Shown here one piece after another: positions 56,781 through 64,000 of a DNA stretch of 64,000 nt. The translations under genes were made by a program, and so were the position numbers. Source of the DNA: an uncultured Flavobacteriaceae bacterium (GTDB taxonomy: Bacteria > Bacteroidota > Bacteroidia > Flavobacteriales > Flavobacteriaceae); NCBI GenBank assembly GCA_963768325.1, contig CAVYIL010000005.1:44172-108171 (forward strand). The letters are read 5' to 3'. The notes under the pieces were generated by a model. The model saw only the letters and a list, made by a program, of their open reading frames with translations, was not told where the DNA came from and searched no databases. Position 1 is the first letter of the stretch. The number at the start of each line of letters is the position of its first letter.

Positions 56781-57932
56781 TTAAAAAAGTTTATTCTTTT
56801 TTGGGGGGTTTATCCTTCTGTATTTTTTTGTTTCGGGATCAAATCTCATTCCATAAATATTGTGTTCTAACTTTCCACTATCCCAATATTTTTTAAATCC
56901 ATCTGAATACGGACAATCAATTCCTTCAATGTATTCTTCAAAACTTGTCCCCTCTTTTGTGATCTTTTTTCCATTCATCTGTATAGTTTCTTTTAATCCA
57001 TTTTCAAACCCTTTATACTGATGTGTTCCGCAACAATTGCACCAGTCATTTATTTCTGGTTTTTCTTCGCAACAAACAAAAAAATTTAATCCGTAACTCT
57101 TAGTGATCTTTCTGAATCTTTCATATTCATCAAAAATAAAAGGTTGTTCCACTCTATACTGTTGTTTAAATTTAAAAATAGGATAATCTTTTGATCTGAG
57201 ATAATCAATATAGTCAAAACCCAAACCTTCTCTTAATAATTTTCTTTGATTGCTTAAAATGGGAACTCTTATCATTTCACACACAATATCTTTTGCTCCA
57301 TTTTTTTGTACCTTAGAAAAAAGGGAACGTGGATCATCTGTTAATTTTGGATATACAGGACTATATCTGACTTGAATTGTGATACCGTTATCAGTTAATT
57401 TTTTAATGATCGCAATCCTATCCGTAACTGATGGTGCATTTGGTTCTAGTATCTTTCCCATTTTTTCATCATCGGTAGTAATTGTCATTTGAACTACACA
57501 AGGAAATTGTTTTAGAAGTTCTATATATTCATCATCGGCAATAACCAAACCTTTTGTATTTATTATACAGGGGTGCTGATACTCTACCATTATTTTTAAT
57601 GCTTCATAACTACATCTATATTTTCTTTCCATCTCAATAAAACCATCTGATATATTAGCAAATCTAAAAGGAGTTTTCCTTCTTATTAATTTGGACACAA
57701 TATCTTGACTAGAAGTTTTATATGCCTTATCCATTGTCTGTCGTATAACATCTATATTTGCAGGTTTTATGGGTTTCCACTTTTTAACGGATTCTAACAT
57801 ATCTTTAGCATAACAATATACACAATCATGTGGACATCCTAGATATGTATTTAATGCTAATGCTTGAGGACAAACAAATCTTTCTTCTCCTCCTGCTAGT
57901 TTTATCGGACTATTATATAATTCTTTAGACAT
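56781..57932 (-). CDS. Radical SAM protein (spore photoproduct lyase-like)
   Basis: TYLGCPHDCVYCYA, INTK, EPNAPS..RI, CCG. Confidence 0.85.
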   Translation of the reverse strand: MSKELYNSPIKLAGGEERFVCPQALALNTYLGCPHDCVYCYAKDMLESVKKWKPIKPANIDVIRQTMDKAYKTSSQDIVSKLIRRKTPFRFANISDGFIEMERKYRCSYEALKIMVEYQHPCIINTKGLVIADDEYIELLKQFPCVVQMTITTDDEKMGKILEPNAPSVTDRIAIIKKLTDNGITIQVRYSPVYPKLTDDPRSLFSKVQKNGAKDIVCEMIRVPILSNQRKLLREGLGFDYIDYLRSKDYPIFKFKQQYRVEQPFIFDEYERFRKITKSYGLNFFVCCEEKPEINDWCNCCGTHQYKGFENGLKETIQMNGKKITKEGTSFEEYIEGIDCPYSDGFKKYWDSGKLEHNIYGMRFDPETKKYRRINPPKKNKLF

Positions 57933-58263
57933 ACCTGTTTATTGCATCCAATTTATATTTTTTATTTACATTCTTTAATCGTAAATCTATTGATAAGTAA
58001 CTACTTTGGTTCACCATAATTACATCATGACCGTATAACTTATCGTTCTTTCCGTCTTTCACAACATATTTCATTGCATCTGATTTTAATAATTCGTAGT
58101 ATTCTTCTCTACCAACATAAATGACCACATCAAAATCTGTATTCAATTTAGTGTTAATAGTATAAGTTCCTTCTAATTCGTATAGTCTATCCAATATGAT
58201 ATCCACTATGGAATATCTATTCTTTTCCTTCATAGATAATTATATAATGAACTTGATTTTAAA

Positions 58264-59394
58264 TCAAATATTTTCTACTTCCTTCGATGCATCTTTGACT
58301 CTTTTCCTATCAGCAAGATAAAACTTATCTTTGTTATAGTCTTTAATTAATACGGTTTCCTGTTTAAATTCAATGGTGACTTCTATTCCCAAAAGTAATA
58401 GAACCTCTGATGGTACACCTGCTATTTCGATGCTTGTGGATTTCTCGTTATAGACCTTGCCATTATCACCTATGTACCTTCCCTTGAAAAAGTTTCCAAC
58501 GGAAAATGCACCAATGAAATAGTCTTCTATATCACCATGTTCTTTGTTATGTTTCTGAATTAGGTTAGCAAGTTTCTTGTTCTTTTTAATACGATTAACC
58601 ATAGTGTCCATCTTATTGGAAAAAAAACTTTTTACTTTTCCTAATACTCCCTTTTGATCATTTACTGCATTTACATCTGTAGAGAAAACAATTATGCCAC
58701 CCTTGTATTTTGATAATCCGTATTGTTGTTTTGCTACTGCTTCATCTAGACCAAAGATAGTTCTTTGATCCTCGTCAGACGTGTCAAACTTCTGTTCATT
58801 AAGACTTACTGCTCTCCACCATTGTCCCTTCGCATATCCTGGTGCATCGGGACAATTGTTTTTCCCATCGGGAGATAACCTTTTTATTTCTTTTAGTTTC
58901 ATAATCGGTTGCATCCGATATTAATTTTATTGTTTTTAATTGTTTAAAATACTCGTGAAAACTCATTGGTTTTTCTCCTACTTTTTCTTTTCGTGTTTTT
59001 TGTACACTTTGAAATATTTTTCGTCTTGAACTTTTATATCCAAGTTAGGCATCTTGCCCTTTATAACACTAGCAATATTGTTGGCAGAACCACCACCACT
59101 ATATTTAATAGGTTTTTCTATAGATCCCGATATCCTGCTATCGAATGTGGGGTTGCCGTCAACTAAGATAACAAAATCCCATTTTCCAATATCTACTGCG
59201 GTTATTTTAACTTTATTTTTCTTCTCTATTTCTTTTAACAAATTAAAAGCAATTGCTCCAAATGTTCCTTTAAGGTTTTCTGAACCTTCAAAAGGTTTTG
59301 CATTTTTATATTGTGCTGACATTCCCAACACATTCCCAAATGCTTGTTTTAATTGTTCATCTGATTTTTCTTTTAAGTAGTCTTTAAAACTCAT
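58264..59394 (-). CDS. Two hypothetical late proteins: MSFKDYLKE (58978-59394) and MSFHEY.. (58264-58966, with indel)
   Basis: ORF track and manual translation; promoters at 59416-59451. Confidence 0.6.
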
Positions 59395-59455
59395 TTTATA
59401 ATGCCCCTGTATTAGTATTTATATTATAGGATGAAATCTATTACAGATCAAGTTT

Positions 59456-60971
59456 TTAGAAAAAATCTTGTCCTTTTTTTCTGCACCACTCTGCCAACTT
59501 ACACTTGACTTCTTTATGTGGGAATTTTTCCCTTTTATATAGAACCTTTCGTGCTTCATAGTGTTTCACAAAATGACCATAACTATCCACAAAGTCAATC
59601 AGCATAGCAACGGTTTTTGTTTTGTGTAATCGTAGGGTTCGACCAATTGATTGTAACACCCGAACCTTGCTTTTTGTAGAAGATGAGAAAATTATATTAT
59701 GTAGGTTTTTTATGTTGATCCCTGTTGAGAAGGTCGGGTAAGATGCTACAAGTATTGCATCCTTTTCATTTTCCATTTGTAGTCTTATCTTTTCCCTATC
59801 ATCACCACTAACTTTACCATCAACATAAAAGATTTTTTTCCTACCCTCTTGCAATAGTTTTTCATATATCCAAGTTCCATGTTCAATTTTTCTAAAGAGA
59901 ATTAAAGTGTTCTCTTTTCTTGTCATAGCATAATCACAAATTAATTTTTGTCGAGGGTTGGTAACATCTTCCATAAACTCCTGTTGTTCAATCCAGTCAA
60001 GTCTGTTTCAATTTTTTATTTATATCGTTAGGGTATTCTATAACAACTGATTTTATATTAAGAACTGTAGCAAGTCCCTTGTCCATCATCTGCTTACTTG
60101 TAATTGCCTTGTACACTTCACCGAACATAGAAATGATTTGATACTTGTTTAATGCTCCGTCCCTTAGTGTACCTGTACATCCCATGCGGTAGTGTGCTTT
60201 CGTAGTTTCTTTCAAAATTTTTAAAAGGGACTTTCCCTCTTTGGGATGTCGTACTGTGTGAACTTCATCTGTGATAACAGTTTCAAATTGTTTGAAGTAA
60301 CTAAAACTTTTTTCTCGTATCAATGGCATAAGACTTTGCCATGTGCTTATGTATATCTTAGCATTGTCATTATCTTTATCCTTACCACCAACTATGGTAT
60401 GAGTCGGGATAGGATTTCCATAATCTTTAAAATCATATTCCATTTGATTGACTAATGAGATAGTAGGGACAATTAATAAAACCTTTCCTTCGGTATGCTC
60501 CATGCACCAACGTATAAACATATAGATAAGCAAACTCTTACCACTACTGGTTGCCGACTCTATGACAGATCTTTTATTTTGTATGGCATAGTACAGGGAT
60601 TCCATTTGATGGTCGTATGGGACAATCGGTTTCCCTTTACTTTTTAAATCAAGTGTGCTTACAAAATTATCGATTTCTTTTTTGGTGACTTTAGTCTTTG
60701 AGTTTAATATTTTTTCATCTAGGATTAATTTATATCCTCTCTCTTTACAGAACTCCCACAACTTAGATAGAAGTCCATACGGCATTATGTTAGTTTTTTT
60801 GCTAGTGAGTCTGATCTTTCCATCCCAATAAAACAGGGAAGGGTTCTGCTTACGCAACATCTGATAGTTAGGTACTGTAAAGGTAAAAAAAGAATGGATT
60901 TCGTTTAGAGTGCTTTTGTGATCTGATAATAATTTACATTCTACTTCATTGTAATAATCAACTTTCAACAT
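59456..60971 (-). CDS. uvsW: UvsW SF2 helicase (indel near 60000)
   Basis: WDGKIRL, ATSSGKS, IVPTISLVNQM, STWQS, DEVH, GCTGT, FSTGINIKNLHN, LQSIGRTLR. Confidence 0.96.
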
Positions 60972-61697
60972 CTTGCTACCCTCTGTGAGGTCTTACAAGG
61001 TTATTTATAGAAATTGTGTGTTCGACTTTGTCAATCATATACTTTTATGCGTTCCATTGGAAGTTTGACTCATAATCATATCCATATTTATTTTCTATCA
61101 TATCATAAAGATCCAATAAAAATTGTTCATCTACTGTTGTTCGATTAATATTACAAAACATTACAGAATCTTCGGGAACGGATATTTCAAATTCAAAGTC
61201 TATCATTTTCAAATCAGATTCTGGTCCGATAAAAGTTCCTGTGTATGGTCTGAATCCAGGTTCTACATCATCCAATTCATTCTCTCCCCAAAAATATTCA
61301 GAAAAATCTTGACTTAAATCTTTATAAATACCATAATCTTGATCACAATCAATTAAACAAAAATACTGTGGTACAGTATCTGTTGTTCTACTCCATAGTC
61401 TATATGGTATGCTTTGTGTTGTTAAAGTTTTTGTTATTCCTATTCTATCTATTGGCATAAAATTTCCTTATAGTTATTTATAAATTATCTATCTCTTTTA
61501 AAACTAACTTTCTCATAATAGTTTTAGCAAAATCTTCAAACTCAACATCTGTTATTAATCCATCTTCAGTATTCTTCATTATATGATCATATAGTTTACA
61601 ACAGGCATATCTTTTATTACAAGAAAATTTGCGGTAGTAACATTCCTCACATCGGTCTTCGCAATCACCTTCTTTTTTAATAATGTATTCAAGAGTT

Positions 61698-61886
61698 TCA
61701 ATTTTGTTCATCTATATTTTTCTTGGTTTCTTTTTCTAATAAATCGGTTAAATCATGTACCGAATACACCGAAGTCAAATCTTTTTGCGATTCCAATGTC
61801 CATTTTGTTCTCAACTTTCTAACCTTTGCGGTAATAGGAATACTAGTGATAGTAATATCGGGAGTCGGAAATCTGCATACTCTCAT
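61698..61886 (-). CDS. Mini protein carrying the gp23 segment AK(S)RKLK..W(T/S)..E..QDL
   Basis: MRVCR..ITAKVRKLRTKWTLESQKDLTSVYS vs T4 gp23 IEAKSRQLKAAYSIELAQDLRAVHG. Confidence 0.75.
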   Translation of the reverse strand: MRVCRFPTPDITITSIPITAKVRKLRTKWTLESQKDLTSVYSVHDLTDLLEKETKKNIDEQN

Positions 61887-62050
61887 TTCTTTTTCTTTTT
61901 TGGTTTTACATATTTATATTTTAATGCAAAAACAAATCCCGATGGTTGGGACATAGGTTGTACTCCAACAATCTGGTTTGCGATCATGCTAGGATATGCC
62001 CTTCTAAATGCAGGAAGAATTGTCCGTAGTACAGGTTTACAAACTCTCAT
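61883..62050 (-). CDS. 55-aa mini protein carrying the gp23 Gol-peptide segment
   Basis: Not in ORF track: MRVCKPVLRTILPAFRRAYPSMIANQIVGVQPMSQPSGFVFALKYKYVKPKKKKK; ATGA overlaps at both ends. Confidence 0.85.
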   Translation of the reverse strand: MRVCKPVLRTILPAFRRAYPSMIANQIVGVQPMSQPSGFVFALKYKYVKPKKKKK

Positions 62051-62139
62051 GGCAAATTGGTAACTTTAATTTTCTTTATGTACAATGGGATATATGGTGA
62101 CCATATATACTTACTCATAGGATCTCTACAAACTCTCAT
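62047..62139 (-). CDS. 30-aa mini protein carrying a gp23 C-terminal-like Y.PY(I/V)PL segment
   Basis: Not in ORF track: MRVCRDPMSKYIWSPYIPLYIKKIKVTNLP; ATGA overlaps at both ends. Confidence 0.65.
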   Translation of the reverse strand: MRVCRDPMSKYIWSPYIPLYIKKIKVTNLP

Positions 62140-62691
62140 ATCTTTTCTATTGCTTCTATTTTTTCTTGCTTCTGTCGTTTCTTATAGTGGTCACATTCCT
62201 TGTGTATATACTTTCCTTTTTTTCCTCGTCTATCTAGATCAACACAATCATAACATTCACTTTCCATTTCACTATCATAATCGGGATCGCATACAACTAA
62301 CCATTTTTCTTCATTTATATAATCTTTTGATTCATCGTCCAATACTAGGTTGGAATATTTAGGATGTTTGGTATTGATCTTAAATCTGTACGGACAAGAT
62401 CCAACTTTTCTTTTACAGTTATTCATAGTTTTTCTATCTCATTTAGTTTATCATTTTTATCGTGGTAAAAAATTATAACCTTAGTTCTATTATCCACACC
62501 TGTTAATTTTTGTTCGGTGATCCAGTTTCCATATTGGTCATTTCCACTCCATGGAGTGTACATATTTTCGGCATAATTACAAACATCTACTTTTATTATT
62601 TCAACGGATGGTTGTGTTTCTAACCAAGAATTTATAGTATATTCTATATTAGTTCCAACACCATTATCGTCAAATATTTTACACTTCATTT

Positions 62692-63105
62692 TTACTGACC
62701 ATTTCGGAACTTCTGCCACTCAATATAAGATTTAATATTCCAAGCAAGTCCCTTCTGCTCTGCGGTTATCACTTCCATTTCCTTTAACTCTAACGAGATT
62801 TCATCATAGAGTTCTTGTGCTTTAACCACTTCATCATCCCTGTCTATAAATGCTTGCAGTTCTTTTTCATTGTCGGGCACTACATCATGCTCATGTGCAT
62901 AATATATTCTTTTGTCGGCACGAACCTTTTCAAGATTTGTTTTTGCTTTCAACGCATCCTTTCCTAACCTAGTACACTTGACTATGTGATTAGCAACATG
63001 GATACTGTTTTGAGTAAGTTGAAGTTCAAGATTAGTGCTTTCAAATTTTAAATTCTTAAAACACTCTTGCCTAAAATCTTCTGTAATTTTAAATTGTCTT
63101 TCCAT
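62692..63105 (-). CDS. uvsY: UvsY recombination mediator
   Basis: KRIYY, FIDRDDEV, AWNIKSYIEWQKFRNG. Confidence 0.85.
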   Translation of the reverse strand: MERQFKITEDFRQECFKNLKFESTNLELQLTQNSIHVANHIVKCTRLGKDALKAKTNLEKVRADKRIYYAHEHDVVPDNEKELQAFIDRDDEVVKAQELYDEISLELKEMEVITAEQKGLAWNIKSYIEWQKFRNGQ

Positions 63106-63408
63106 CACTTCTCCTGTTGTAATTCTTCTCTTATCTTTTTTAATTCTTTTGCTATACGTTCTAGAAAAATAACTCCACAAAATATACTAACTCCTATAAC
63201 AAATAAAAAATAGGAGATCATTTTTTCTTACTCTTTTTATTTATTTCGGAAACAACTTCACACCAACATTTTTCACACAAGTCTATATCATCTGTTTCAC
63301 CATCACGATCTGATCCATAACCATGATCATGAGTTATATTAATGTATGCTCCCATTTCAACATCTTCATTTGTAATTTCTTTTTCACACCTATCACATAT
63401 TATTTTAG

Positions 63409-64000
63409 TCATACTAAATTAACCTCCTCTGCCAATTGCCGTAATCCCTGCTGATTGCAATATCTAAAAAACTTTGCCTGTGATCCCTGTTGATTGTATT
63501 CCTTATATTCTTTAAGAATTTTTTGTTGAATACTTTTAGGTATCATAGTTAAATCAATTAGTTTTCGGTTCTGCACGAACCTTTCTTTATCTTTATTGGT
63601 CATAAAAACACTTGCTACTGCTTTCATTCCTTTCTTCTTATACACTTCAAACATTTCATTTAACTTTGTAGTAAGAACTCGTTTCTGATTGACTCCTGCC
63701 GTTGCTAGGGTATTTGCAGGGGAAAAGATATTAGGAATACCATCACCCGAATCACCTTTAATTAAATGTTCAAACTTGAAAAATACTTTATCATAATAAT
63801 CTAGAAAAACATTTTTCATAGAACAAAATTGATAAACGTTTGGGTTAATCATTAGTTGTGCAAAATCATGGTCTGGAGAAATAATTACATTGGTATCAGC
63901 ACCATTTTCTTGACATAACGTTCCGATAATATCATCTGCTTCAACACCGTCAACTTCAACTATAGTCCAAGGTAACTGTTCTTTCAATAAAGTTACAAGG
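63409..64000 (-). CDS. rnh: T4 RNase H / 5'-3' exonuclease; 5' part lies beyond the window
   Basis: EADDIIG, IISPDHDFAQL, KGDSGDGIPNI, NRKLIDL..IP. Confidence 0.93.
   Translation of the reverse strand, partial: LVTLLKEQLPWTIVEVDGVEADDIIGTLCQENGADTNVIISPDHDFAQLMINPNVYQFCSMKNVFLDYYDKVFFKFEHLIKGDSGDGIPNIFSPANTLATAGVNQKRVLTTKLNEMFEVYKKKGMKAVASVFMTNKDKERFVQNRKLIDLTMIPKSIQQKILKEYKEYNQQGSQAKFFRYCNQQGLRQLAEEVNLV

Noticed and set aside
1405-60971. Frameshifts in gp21, gp3, ligase, gp41 (three), UvsX, UvsW, AAA, vWA, Dam, ATP-grasp and others read as programmed frameshifting or pseudogenisation
   Set aside because: They hit essential genes at scattered positions, those examined are fixed by single-base changes (often in homopolymers), and no shared slippery motif is evident. 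Uncorrected long-read errors are the most likely cause; read polishing would settle it.
47-62362. Plus-strand ORFs in the six-frame track
   Set aside because: They are antisense shadows of minus-strand genes (Phe/Ser/Leu-rich) with no recognisable motifs.

Overview
An AT-rich 64-kb segment of a large T4-like (Tevenvirinae-related) phage, coded almost entirely on the minus strand. It carries head assembly genes (gp22, gp21, gp67/68-like, portal gp20, two gp2, gp4, gp3) and replication/recombination genes (gp32, RegA, gp62, primase gp61, DNA ligase, helicase gp41, UvsX, UvsW, UvsY, RNase H). It also has one tRNA, four free-standing homing endonucleases and a probably split intein with a fifth endonuclease between its halves. 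Accessory genes include two methyltransferases, two radical-SAM enzymes, a MoxR-AAA/vWA pair, a racemase + ATP-grasp + Ntn-hydrolase trio, Hsp20 and ClpS. Many essential genes are broken by single-base indels that look like long-read errors. Main observations: (1) Three translationally coupled mini-ORFs at 61698-62139, two of them missing from the ORF track, all start MRVC(R/K). Each carries a different conserved segment of major capsid protein gp23, one matching the Gol peptide. A free-standing terminase-ATPase-like mini protein lies elsewhere in the window. Together they suggest decoys or mimics of immune-trigger proteins (inference). (2) About 24 otherwise diverse accessory proteins share a C-terminal tag of the form LLKEIEKL-stop. 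(3) About 18 late proteins share an N-terminal MKFKDYLxE capsid-targeting-like peptide. (4) Covarying two-loop antisense RNA cassettes precede homing endonuclease genes. All protein calls come from motif recognition by eye; no database search was run.
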